Source: a virus (lineage: Duplodnaviria; Heunggongvirae; Uroviricota; Caudoviricetes). From it: 10,240 nt of DNA. Below the pieces are notes generated by a model, which worked only from the letters and a program-made list of their open reading frames with translations, searched no databases and was not told the DNA's origin. Each line of letters begins with the position of its first letter. The stretch's first letter is position 1. Made by a program: the position numbers and the translations under genes. The stretch is taken from positions 1 through 10,240 of IMG/VR virus record IMGVR_UViG_2529292726_000022; one strand, written 5' to 3'. Below are positions 1 through 7,085 of this stretch, piece after piece.

Positions 1-1820
1 CCACCGAGATCCAGCGTCAGGCGCAGCAGTTTGTCAGAACCTTCGACAAACTCCGCGTTTTCAATCAGCGCCACACGCAGGTCAACTTTGGCGAAGTCGT
101 CAAAGGTGATGGTTTCCTGAATCGGGTCGTCAGCCAGTGGGCCAGTTACCGGTGCAGCTGTGGCTTTCACTTCTTCTTTGGATGCTTCCACCAGTGCTTC
201 CACCTGTTTCATATCGATACGGTTATACAGTGCCTTGAACGGATTCACTTTATGGCCCAGCAGCGGTTGCTGGATACCATCCCAGGTCAGTTCTGTATTC
301 AGGAATGCTTCTGCACGTTCAGTCAGTTTCGGCAGTACCGGTTTCAGGTACGTCATCAGCACGCGGAACAGGTTAATGCCCATAGAGCAAATCGCCTGCA
401 GATCGGCATCGCGTCCTTCCTGCTTCGCCACCACCCACGGAGCCTGTTCATCAACATAGCGGTTAGCCAGGTCAGCCAGTGCCATGATTTCACGGATAGC
501 TTTGCCAAATTCGCGGCTTTCCCATGCTTCGCCAATCACTTCAGCGGCATCAGTAAAGGTTTTGTACAGTTGCGGGTCAGCCAGTTCGCTTGCCAGCACG
601 CCGTCAAAACGCTTGTTGATAAAGCCTGCATTACGGGAGGCCAGGTTAACCACTTTGTTAACGATATCGGCATTCACACGCTGAACGAAATCTTCCAGAT
701 TGAGATCGATATCATCAATGCGCGAAGAGAGTTTCGCAGTGTAGTAGTAACGCAGGCTGTCGGCGTCAAAATGATTCAGCCAGGTGCTGGCTTTAATAAA
801 GGTGCCGCGAGACTTGGACATCTTCGCGCCGTTCACCGTCACATAGCCGTGAACAAACAGGTTGGTCGGCTTGCGGAAGTTGCTGCCTTCCAGCATGGCA
901 GGCCAGAACAGGCTGTGGAAGTAAACGATATCTTTGCCGATGAAGTGGTACAGCTCGGCGGTGGAGTCTTTCTTCCAGTAATCGTCGAAGCTGGTAGTGT
1001 CGCCGCGTTTGTCGCACAGATTCTTGAAAGAACCCATGTAGCCAATCGGCGCGTCCAGCCAGACGTAGAAGTATTTGCCCGGTGCGTTCGGAATTTCAAA
1101 ACCGAAGTAAGGTGCGTCACGGGAGATATCCCACTGTTGCAGGCCAGATTCAAACCACTCCTGCATTTTGTTTGCCACCTGCTCCTGCAACGCACCGCTG
1201 CGGGTCCATGCCTGCAACATTTCGCTGAAAGAAGGCAGATCAAAGAAGAAGTGTTCGGAATCACGCATTACCGGTGTAGCGCCAGAAACCACTGATTTCG
1301 GCTCGATCAGTTCCGTCGGGCTGTATGTCGCGCCGCAGACTTCACAGTTATCGCCGTATTGATCCGGCGCTTTACATTTCGGGCATGTGCCTTTTACAAA
1401 ACGGTCCGGCAGGAACATGCCTTTTTCCGGGTCGTACAGCTGAGAGATGGTGCGGTTTTTAATAAAACCGTTCTCTTTCAGGCGAGTATAGATAAGCTCG
1501 GACAACTGACGGTTCTCTTCGCTGTGCGTCGAGTGATAGTTGTCATAGCTGATGTTAAAGCCTGCGAAATCAGTCTGATGTTCCTGACTCATTTCGCCAA
1601 TCATCTGCTCCGGTGTGATACCAAGCTGCTGTGCTTTCAGCATGATCGGCGTACCGTGGGCATCGTCGGCACAGATGAAATTAACCTCGTGGCCGCGCAT
1701 TCGCTGGTAACGAACCCAGACATCAGCCTGGATGTGCTCCAGCATATGGCCGAGGTGGATTGAGCCGTTAGCGTACGGCAGCGCGCACGTCACCAGAATT
1801 TTCTTCGCGACTTGGGTCAT
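1..1820 (-). CDS. metG: Methionine--tRNA ligase (MetRS), partial: N-terminal ~606 codons in window, C-terminus beyond window start
   Basis: Minus-strand translation from ATG (complement of 1818-1820) reads [29 protein letters not shown]... with the class I aaRS HLGH motif (encoded ~1746-1757) and KMSKS (encoded 810-824). The frame stays open to position 1, so it is absent from the ORF track (no stop in window). Plus-strand ORFs 160-459, 252-1295, 484-684 are antisense shadows. Confidence 0.95.
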   Translation of the reverse strand, partial: MTQVAKKILVTCALPYANGSIHLGHMLEHIQADVWVRYQRMRGHEVNFICADDAHGTPIMLKAQQLGITPEQMIGEMSQEHQTDFAGFNISYDNYHSTHSEENRQLSELIYTRLKENGFIKNRTISQLYDPEKGMFLPDRFVKGTCPKCKAPDQYGDNCEVCGATYSPTELIEPKSVVSGATPVMRDSEHFFFDLPSFSEMLQAWTRSGALQEQVANKMQEWFESGLQQWDISRDAPYFGFEIPNAPGKYFYVWLDAPIGYMGSFKNLCDKRGDTTSFDDYWKKDSTAELYHFIGKDIVYFHSLFWPAMLEGSNFRKPTNLFVHGYVTVNGAKMSKSRGTFIKASTWLNHFDADSLRYYYTAKLSSRIDDIDLNLEDFVQRVNADIVNKVVNLASRNAGFINKRFDGVLASELADPQLYKTFTDAAEVIGEAWESREFGKAIREIMALADLANRYVDEQAPWVVAKQEGRDADLQAICSMGINLFRVLMTYLKPVLPKLTERAEAFLNTELTWDGIQQPLLGHKVNPFKALYNRIDMKQVEALVEASKEEVKATAAPVTGPLADDPIQETITFDDFAKVDLRVALIENAEFVEGSDKLLRLTLDLG

Positions 1821-1977
1821 AGTAGGCATTACTTCTTTGTAGTGAAAAGGGGCTTGATAGTAACAAAATGGCCTTATGTCTGCCATGTGATAACAGCATT
1901 TCTCATAAATGATTAAATGTCGTAGCTGGAGTACACTACAAGGCGACAATTGCGCAAATTAAAATAAAGGAGACGGG
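1821..1977. promoter_or_regulatory. Divergent metG / mrp intergenic promoter region
   Basis: 157-bp AT-rich gap between divergently oriented starts; SD-like AAGGAG at 1967-1972, 5 nt before the mrp ATG (1978). Individual -10/-35 elements not resolved by eye. Confidence 0.5.
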
Positions 1978-3078
1978 ATGAGCGAGTCCAAATCGCCGGA
2001 TGCCCTGAGAGCAATGGTAGCCGGTACGCTGGCTAATTTTCAGCACCCAACCCTGAAACACAACCTGACTACGCTTAAAGCGTTACACCATGTTGCGTTG
2101 ATGGATGACACACTGCATGTCGAACTAATCATGCCTTTCGTGTGGAATAAGCCTTTTGAAGACCTGAAAGAGCAATGTAGTGGTGATCTGCTCCGTATCA
2201 CTGGCGCAAAGGCTATTGACTGGAAGCTGTCGTACAACATTGCCACGCTTAAGCGCGTCAAAAACCAACCAGGCATTAATGGCGTTAAGAACATTATCGC
2301 CGTCAGCTCAGGCAAGGGCGGCGTGGGTAAATCCTCCACGGCGGTAAACCTGGCACTGGCGTTGGCTGCTGAAGGTGCGAAAGTTGGTATTTTGGATGCC
2401 GATATCTATGGTCCATCAATTCCAACCATGCTGGGCGCGGAAAACCAACGTCCAACCTCACCTGACGGTACTCACATGGCACCTATCATGTCTCATGGCC
2501 TGGCAACCAACTCTATTGGTTATCTGGTCACCGACGACAATGCAATGGTGTGGCGTGGACCGATGGCCAGCAAGGCGCTGATGCAGATGTTGCAGGAAAC
2601 TCTATGGCCTGATCTGGACTATCTCGTTCTCGATATGCCGCCGGGCACTGGTGATATTCAGTTGACGCTGGCGCAGAACATTCCTGTAACTGGTGCGGTT
2701 GTGGTAACTACGCCGCAAGACATCGCGCTGATCGATGCGAAGAAAGGCATTGTGATGTTCGAAAAAGTCGAAGTGCCGGTACTGGGTATCGTCGAAAACA
2801 TGAGTGTGCATATTTGCAGTAACTGCGGTCATCACGAGCCAATTTTTGGCACCGGTGGCGCACAGAAACTGGCCGAGAAATACAACACGCAGTTGTTAGG
2901 CCAAATGCCACTTCATATCTCTCTTCGTGAAGATCTGGATAACGGAACACCAACCGTTATTAGTCGTCCAGATAGCGAATTTACAGCTATTTATCGTGAC
3001 CTCGCAGATCGCGTTGCTGCCCAAATGTATTGGCAAGGTGAAGTAATACCTGGCGAAATCGCATTCCGCGCAGTGTGA
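1978..3078 (+). CDS. apbC: Fe-S cluster carrier ATPase Mrp/ApbC (NBP35 family)
   Basis: 366-aa ORF with SD; deviant Walker A SSGKGGVGKSST, CxxC motif (CSNCGH), and the MSESKSPDALRAMVAGTLANFQHP... N-terminus typical of enterobacterial Mrp; conserved divergent arrangement with metG. Confidence 0.95.
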   Translation: MSESKSPDALRAMVAGTLANFQHPTLKHNLTTLKALHHVALMDDTLHVELIMPFVWNKPFEDLKEQCSGDLLRITGAKAIDWKLSYNIATLKRVKNQPGINGVKNIIAVSSGKGGVGKSSTAVNLALALAAEGAKVGILDADIYGPSIPTMLGAENQRPTSPDGTHMAPIMSHGLATNSIGYLVTDDNAMVWRGPMASKALMQMLQETLWPDLDYLVLDMPPGTGDIQLTLAQNIPVTGAVVVTTPQDIALIDAKKGIVMFEKVEVPVLGIVENMSVHICSNCGHHEPIFGTGGAQKLAEKYNTQLLGQMPLHISLREDLDNGTPTVISRPDSEFTAIYRDLADRVAAQMYWQGEVIPGEIAFRAV

Positions 3079-3083
3079 TAAAA

Positions 3084-3104
3084 AGGCGGTGCATTGCACC
3101 GCCT
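3084..3104. terminator. GC-rich hairpin (aggcggtgc-att-gcaccgcct) between convergent mrp and UmuD'-like gene
   Basis: 9-bp perfect stem, 3-nt loop. On the minus strand it is followed by TTTTTAT (complement of 3077-3083), a good intrinsic terminator for the minus-strand gene ending at 3116. On the plus strand it is preceded by AAAA but lacks a U-tract. Confidence 0.6.
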
Positions 3105-3115
3105 AATCAGTTCTC

Positions 3116-3505
3116 CTACATCACGGGACAATCATCAAACTCGCCACTTCTTGCGTCGTTGATAATGTGAGTGATCACACCAAACACGGCATTGCTGCCC
3201 GTGCATGCATCGTCATCCTTTGGCAATGCTTCCTTCTTACCGGTTCTTAAATCCTCCAGATGCTGACGTGGGTACTTCCGGTATCTTTTTACGCGATATT
3301 CCCCATCCAGAGCGCATACAAGCAGAGAACCATCAACCGGGGTAAGTGAGGAATCGACCACCAGCAATGCACCCTGTAATATTCCCTCACGATGATGACT
3401 ATCAGCTGCCCTCATGAAGTAGGTCGCTGAAGGATGTCTAATTATCTGCTGATCAAGAGAAATACGGCTCTCAGCATAATCCGCCGCAGGAGAAGGGAAG
3501 CCCAT
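3116..3505 (-). CDS. UmuD-family S24 peptidase, natively N-terminally truncated (UmuD'-like), 129 aa
   Basis: Starts MGFPSPAADYAESRISLDQQIIRHPSATYF..., co-linear with UmuD from the residue after its Cys24-Gly25 self-cleavage site. Ser of the Ser-Lys dyad retained (AADSH vs UmuD SGDSM), Lys retained (VKRYR vs VKKLQ). In-frame TAA 12 nt upstream of the ATG (complement of 3518-3520) rules out an N-terminal extension. SD AAGAGG precedes ATG. No umuC-like gene follows. Confidence 0.8.
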   Translation of the reverse strand: MGFPSPAADYAESRISLDQQIIRHPSATYFMRAADSHHREGILQGALLVVDSSLTPVDGSLLVCALDGEYRVKRYRKYPRQHLEDLRTGKKEALPKDDDACTGSNAVFGVITHIINDARSGEFDDCPVM

Positions 3506-3521
3506 AATACTCGCCTCTTAA

Positions 3522-3541
3522 CACTGTATATACATACAGTA
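3522..3541 (-). promoter_or_regulatory. LexA operator (SOS box)
   Basis: Minus-strand TACTGTATGTATATACAGTG: CTGT-N8-ACAG palindrome matching the consensus TACTGTATATATATACAGTA at 17/20, about 16 nt upstream of the UmuD'-like start codon, the same geometry as the E. coli umuDC operator. Confidence 0.8.
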
Positions 3542-3566
3542 TATGTTGAAGCTATATATTTTTGAA
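3538..3566 (-). promoter_or_regulatory. Putative sigma70 promoter of the UmuD'-like gene, overlapped by the LexA box
   Basis: Minus-strand -35 TTCAAA (complement of 3561-3566), 17-nt spacer, -10 TATACT (complement of 3538-3543); the -10 overlaps the upstream half of the LexA box. Confidence 0.5.
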
Positions 3567-3725
3567 CTCTATCTCTTAAAAAAGATGTTAATAAGATGCT
3601 AACTATTGAAAGGCATAAATATATACAATTCCAACAAACGTTATTTTTAACAAATTTTTTCTCTCCGTTGACTTTTGCGAAAGCCTTGTCTGGCCTAAAT
3701 TGCGCGGAAGCTACTTTTTCCTTAC

Positions 3726-3750
3726 AGAGTTATCCACAGAGTTATGCACT
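3726..3750 (+). repeat. Tandem 12-bp repeat containing DnaA-box-like 9-mers
   Basis: agagTTATCCAC / agagTTATGCAC in direct tandem (3726-3737, 3738-3749). TTATCCACA at 3730-3738 is a perfect DnaA box consensus; TTATGCACT at 3742-3750 matches TTATNCACA at 8/9. Confidence 0.3.
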
Positions 3751-3836
3751 TGCATGTATAACCTATACACACTATCTTAATTCGCAAGACACTGATGTTG
3801 CGGTATTGAAGGTTCATTGGGTTAAAAATAGACATT

Positions 3837-3867
3837 AAAAAGCCCAGTTGACTAGGCTGGGCTTTTT
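3837..3867. terminator. Bidirectional intrinsic terminator hairpin
   Basis: AAAAAGCCCAG-(9-nt loop)-CTGGGCTTTTT: 11-bp perfect inverted repeat with an A-tract 5' and T-tract 3', so it is U-tract-flanked on both strands. No confident CDS ends at it on either strand. Confidence 0.65.
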
Positions 3868-3900
3868 AAAAGGAAACAGAGTTTGCGGCTCTGTTCCTGA

Positions 3901-3920
3901 GCCATAAGTATCTGGCGACT
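3901..3920 (+). repeat. Direct repeat copy 1 (gccaTAAGTATCTGGCGACT)
   Basis: 20-bp sequence repeated at 4074-4093 with one mismatch (16-bp identical core TAAGTATCTGGCGACT at 3905-3920 and 4078-4093). Confidence 0.7.
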
Positions 3921-4073
3921 GAATTAAGATTAACCGAATGTACTGGATTCATCAAGAAACGTTGAGTGGTCATACCAGGTAATAATGACCATTTACTAAA
4001 CATCGTTGTTCTCAAAGAAGATTTAAGTCCAGGTTTTTGGTGACTCTAAAACCTTACCTTAACTCGAAATCGT

Positions 4074-4093
4074 GCCGTAAGTATCTGGCGACT
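4074..4093 (+). repeat. Direct repeat copy 2 (gccgTAAGTATCTGGCGACT)
   Basis: Second copy, 173 bp downstream of copy 1; preceded by AAATCGTGCCG (4066-4076), which recurs inside the small ORF at 4189-4199. Confidence 0.7.
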
Positions 4094-4167
4094 ACAGATA
4101 TTGCAACTGCAAAGGCAAGCCCAAAGGTATTTGCAGCTAGGCGCGATAAAACTAAGTGAGGCCTGTT

Positions 4168-4251
4168 ATGGTTAACTTACTGTTCAAAATCGTGCCGCCG
4201 ATGTTCGCGATTATCAAAGCGATCATTGAGTACGTAAACCAGCGTCCATAA
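4168..4251 (+). CDS. Candidate small hydrophobic protein, 27 aa (MVNLLFKIVPPMFAIIKAIIEYVNQRP)
   Basis: ATG at 4168 preceded by SD-like GTGAGG with 6-nt spacing; stop TAA 4249-4251; terminator hairpin 14 nt downstream. Peptide is mostly hydrophobic with a charged C-terminal tail. Too short for the ORF track. Confidence 0.3.
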   Translation: MVNLLFKIVPPMFAIIKAIIEYVNQRP

Positions 4252-4264
4252 CGCTAGTTGCTAC

Positions 4265-4297
4265 AGGCCCCATCAAGAGCATGGGGCCTCTTTATCG
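4265..4297 (+). terminator. Hairpin (aggcccca-N9-tggggcct) plus CTTTAT tract downstream of small ORF
   Basis: 8-bp GC-rich perfect stem followed by a short T-rich tract on the plus strand. On the minus strand it sits 18 nt past the stop of the operon's last gene (4307) but has no U-tract in that direction. Confidence 0.5.
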
Positions 4298-4306
4298 TAC
4301 TATTGC

Positions 4307-4933
4307 TTATTTTTTACGGACTGAGTTGTTCACTGCTCTGGCAATCTTCTCCCGCAATTGCTGCGTTCCGTGGTACTGAACCGCAATATCTCTCAACTCG
4401 TTCACCAGTTCTCGAATCTGGTGATCTTTAAGCTCATTATTTGGGTGATTGGTAACAACTCTGGTTAATTCACCCTTGTCTTTTGCTCTTACGTATGCAG
4501 CTCTTGTGCATTCGACCCATGTATTACCGCCTACATTAACTTCGTAGATTAGGCTGGACTTATCTGTCAATTCGGAACAAATACGGGCCGTGGTCTGGCA
4601 ACTAGAGCATTCGCAGTTATCGCGGAAACCGTGATCTACCGGTCGAGAAAGAGGTTTAACTTTTTCATCCAACTTCATCACAGCATCGTGATAAGCGTTC
4701 CAGCCGTCATCTTTACCAAGTTGATAAATCTCTGAAGGCTCCATGTAGTCTATATCGCAACCTTCTTCATCCGATCTATCTGGTCGCTTCCCTGGTAATC
4801 GCTCATAAAAACGATTTCTGTCTCGACGTTCGGCTCTCAGTGCTAACGCAAGAAGTTGCTCAAGCGAGGTATTTGCACCAGCAATAATTTCATTGAGAAT
4901 ATCTTCTGTGAGATCTTTCGCTACCGTGCTCAT
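4307..4933 (-). CDS. Hypothetical protein, 208 aa (last gene of operon)
   Basis: Long minus-strand ORF; ATG (complement 4931-4933) overlaps the stop of the upstream gene (ATGA); contains a Cys cluster (CECSSCQ). No recognisable family by eye. Confidence 0.7.
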   Translation of the reverse strand: MSTVAKDLTEDILNEIIAGANTSLEQLLALALRAERRDRNRFYERLPGKRPDRSDEEGCDIDYMEPSEIYQLGKDDGWNAYHDAVMKLDEKVKPLSRPVDHGFRDNCECSSCQTTARICSELTDKSSLIYEVNVGGNTWVECTRAAYVRAKDKGELTRVVTNHPNNELKDHQIRELVNELRDIAVQYHGTQQLREKIARAVNNSVRKK

Positions 4934-5313
4934 TTATCTCTCTCAGTATGTTGCGATGGCGTAAATTTGACGACATCAAATATTTTGGATGGCATCAACT
5001 TTATCCGCGAGCTTAGTTCGGCTCTTCTCTGTAATGCGGTTAATAATGTTTTCGTTCTGACGCCTTCGTGTATCCTCATCCCTGGCACAAGAACTACATC
5101 GCAGGGGAGATGCTCAGGTGACAAATCATTTTGGGCATCGCTAATCAGTCGTGTAATCTCTCTTTCAAGCCGACCGCCTAGCTCTGTTTTAGTGCAATGT
5201 TCTGACCAATCGCCAGCCTCAAGCAGCGCGAGAATGCTTAAAATATCGTCCAATAGATCAGTGGTATTATCGACTTCCTTCTGAAGCTCACCGGCTACTG
5301 ATTTATGCATCAT
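4930..5313 (-). CDS. Hypothetical protein, 127 aa
   Basis: Minus-strand ORF starting ATGATG (MMHKS...), start overlaps stop of upstream gene (ATGA at 5310-5313). Confidence 0.7.
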   Translation of the reverse strand: MMHKSVAGELQKEVDNTTDLLDDILSILALLEAGDWSEHCTKTELGGRLEREITRLISDAQNDLSPEHLPCDVVLVPGMRIHEGVRTKTLLTALQRRAELSSRIKLMPSKIFDVVKFTPSQHTERDK

Positions 5314-5963
5314 TCGTCATCCTCATCCGAGTCATCCTCATCACAGGATGAGAGTAGTGGGTTAGTCATTCGCCCTACTTGAGTGGCATAGCCACGCCGA
5401 CAGAGATTGCGCAGCACACTGTATATTTCGAACATCTCGGTTCGTTCATCGCCAACATCAAGCTCAGATGCTATAGCGTGGCATTCAGTCGCGAGAGCCG
5501 ATATTTTCTGAAATAACTCTGCATTATTCACTGTTCGACTCCTGCGGCGTTCTGGTAGTGGCATCCAGTGTGTGGCATTGCTAATCAGACCATATTCATT
5601 AGTTTGAGGATGGTTGCCGTTATCGTCTCCGTATTTAAGACTCTCCATAAAGCCATAATGCCTATCACCATTAACGCTCACAAAGCCGTAATAAGCAGGT
5701 ATAACGCCGATCTCACACATAACCAGTAACGGAAAACTAGTTCTCCAATTTAGCTCGCCAATTACAGGCATTCGCTCACTACAGCTTATCCAACCATCCT
5801 TAGATGCGGCTGTATTGGCATAGGCCTTACGGTGCTTCTGTAGCTCTGCTGCAATCGCTCTCACGACTTCAACTGGTGCCCTTGCAGCAAACTCAATGTT
5901 GGTGATCAGCTCATTAAGATATTTCTCGCTTGGGTAGCATTTCTTATTGTTAACGGTGGTCAT
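5310..5963 (-). CDS. Hypothetical phage-type protein, possible DUF551-like domain, acidic C-terminal tail, 217 aa
   Basis: Minus-strand ORF; motifs DGWISCSERMPV ... ATHWMPLPE resemble the W-I-S-x-x-x-R-(L/M)-P ... HWMPLP signature I associate with prophage DUF551 proteins (memory-based). Ends in DEDDSDEDDE. Start ATG overlaps upstream stop (TAATG). Confidence 0.7.
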   Translation of the reverse strand: MTTVNNKKCYPSEKYLNELITNIEFAARAPVEVVRAIAAELQKHRKAYANTAASKDGWISCSERMPVIGELNWRTSFPLLVMCEIGVIPAYYGFVSVNGDRHYGFMESLKYGDDNGNHPQTNEYGLISNATHWMPLPERRRSRTVNNAELFQKISALATECHAIASELDVGDERTEMFEIYSVLRNLCRRGYATQVGRMTNPLLSSCDEDDSDEDDE

Positions 5964-6148
5964 TAGGCAGCTCTCTCAACAACAAGCAATTCGTCGTAGT
6001 CATAATCAGTTTCGGAACCATCCGTACCGAACAGAGTCACTTTGTCATTTTCCATCCAAAAAGATTTAACCGCACATTGTTGACCTTTAGATGTTATGAG
6101 CACATCACCAGGGATTACGTCTTCAGCGCGAACCTCTAGTGTTCTCAT
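5963..6148 (-). CDS. Hypothetical small protein, 61 aa (MRTLEVRAEDVIPGDVL...)
   Basis: The ORF track starts at a TTG (6184) inside the upstream gene; the ATG at complement 6146-6148 has a strong SD (AAAGAGGG) about 7 nt upstream and lies 4 nt after the upstream TAG, so is preferred. Confidence 0.6.
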   Translation of the reverse strand: MRTLEVRAEDVIPGDVLITSKGQQCAVKSFWMENDKVTLFGTDGSETDYDYDELLVVERAA

Positions 6149-6152
6149 CGTG

Positions 6153-6566
6153 CTAACCCTCTTTGGTGAAAACGCCTGATGCAATACTGTTTATGATGCT
6201 GTCAGTACAGGGAGTAGAAAGCTGGGCATCTCCAGCTATTTTCATGACTTCGACATCCGCATATCGAATACCGAGGTGTATCAGACCTGCTATACCTGAC
6301 TTAAGTCGAACATTTTCCATAAACAGATCCTTTTCCCGCTGTTTAACGGTCTCCAGCTCAACACGCAACTTCTCAATTTCGGCAGCCATGTAGTAACCAA
6401 CCATAGCGAATACGGCAAAAGAGTTGTCTGCCTCATCAGGCGACACTGAGGCCATTAGCAGACCATCGTAATAATCGTGACTCCCATTGGTGATCGCCAC
6501 CGCATAGGAGTCGTGGTTCTCACGCTTGTGAATGAGAACTACGGGGTTTTCGATTTTGTTACTCAT
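6153..6566 (-). CDS. Hypothetical protein, 137 aa
   Basis: Minus-strand ORF with ATG at complement 6564-6566, preceded by AAGAGAAAAACAC; central charged segment (EIEKLRVELETVKQREKDLFMENVRLK) suggests a helical/coiled region. Confidence 0.7.
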   Translation of the reverse strand: MSNKIENPVVLIHKRENHDSYAVAITNGSHDYYDGLLMASVSPDEADNSFAVFAMVGYYMAAEIEKLRVELETVKQREKDLFMENVRLKSGIAGLIHLGIRYADVEVMKIAGDAQLSTPCTDSIINSIASGVFTKEG

Positions 6567-6704
6567 GTGTTTTTCTCTTCTTTGCTGTTACATAAGCACT
6601 ACCAAGTGCTGGTTTATTTTCACAAATAAGAAAAGGTAGAAAACAATTTATTTAAGGCCACAACTTATGGCCTTTATTTATTCATGCCGAAGGATTTGTA
6701 GCGT

Positions 6705-7085
6705 CTAATTGCCGGATAAAATGGGGTGAGGTGCTTGCCAGTAGGCTCCACCGGTCCATGTGAACCCCATGCGAATAAGAGGGTTTATTGCGGCTTTGGT
6801 AGACTCCGATTCGACACTGGCTTTTCGAAACTCTTGAACCTCTTTCGCCAACCTGTATGTAATTGTGCAGGGGACGATTGCAGCCCAGCCTTTCTCATGA
6901 CTGTTAATGACCATCTGGATGTGACCATCCAGAATAGGTTGATTAGGCATGTTATTGAAAACGTCTGCCTGTTTTTGAATGTGAATAAAAAGCCTTGCCA
7001 GCTCCATTTGCTCACTACGAGACAAGGGATTATCAAGAGGGCTTTTTGCAAAAGCGGCTATACGCTGTGCGTCAATGCCAAACAT
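6705..7085 (-). CDS. Hypothetical protein, 126 aa
   Basis: Minus-strand ORF; ATG overlaps the stop of the upstream gene by 1 nt (TGATG at 7083-7087). Confidence 0.7.
   Translation of the reverse strand: MFGIDAQRIAAFAKSPLDNPLSRSEQMELARLFIHIQKQADVFNNMPNQPILDGHIQMVINSHEKGWAAIVPCTITYRLAKEVQEFRKASVESESTKAAINPLIRMGFTWTGGAYWQAPHPILSGN

Noticed and set aside
160-1763. Plus-strand ORFs 160-459, 252-1295, 484-684, 1168-1362, 1359-1763 and minus-strand ORFs 793-1017, 839-1264
   Set aside because: All lie inside metG, antisense or out of frame to it; the real gene is the minus-strand frame containing HLGH and KMSKS, which the track omits only because it has no stop in the window.
2040-3099. ORFs 2040-2339(-), 2375-2581(+), 2602-2835(-), 2708-2953(-), 2896-3099(-)
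   Set aside because: Embedded in or antisense to mrp/apbC; no independent signals.
3084-3104. Hairpin after mrp as a canonical plus-strand intrinsic terminator for mrp
   Set aside because: No U-tract follows it on the plus strand (TAATCAG); the U-tract is on the minus strand, so it is more convincing as the terminator of the UmuD'-like gene, though it may still pause or terminate mrp transcripts.
3596-3838. Plus-strand 80-aa ORF in the AT-rich region
   Set aside because: No SD, and the product is low-complexity (Leu/Phe/Thr/Tyr-rich) as expected from translating AT-rich DNA; probably non-coding. Caveat: its stop abuts the 3837-3867 terminator, so a transcript (sRNA or short peptide mRNA) may still exist.
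3500-4310. CRISPR array, tRNA or integrase/att site at the island boundary
   Set aside because: Only one ~20-bp repeat pair and one tandem 12-bp repeat; no regularly spaced repeat-spacer structure, no tRNA-like cloverleaf and no tyrosine or serine recombinase ORF in the window.
5963-6184. 73-aa version of the small operon gene starting at TTG (6184)
   Set aside because: The TTG lies inside the upstream gene with no SD; the internal ATG at 6148 has a strong AAAGAGGG SD and sits 4 nt after the upstream stop, so the 61-aa form is preferred.
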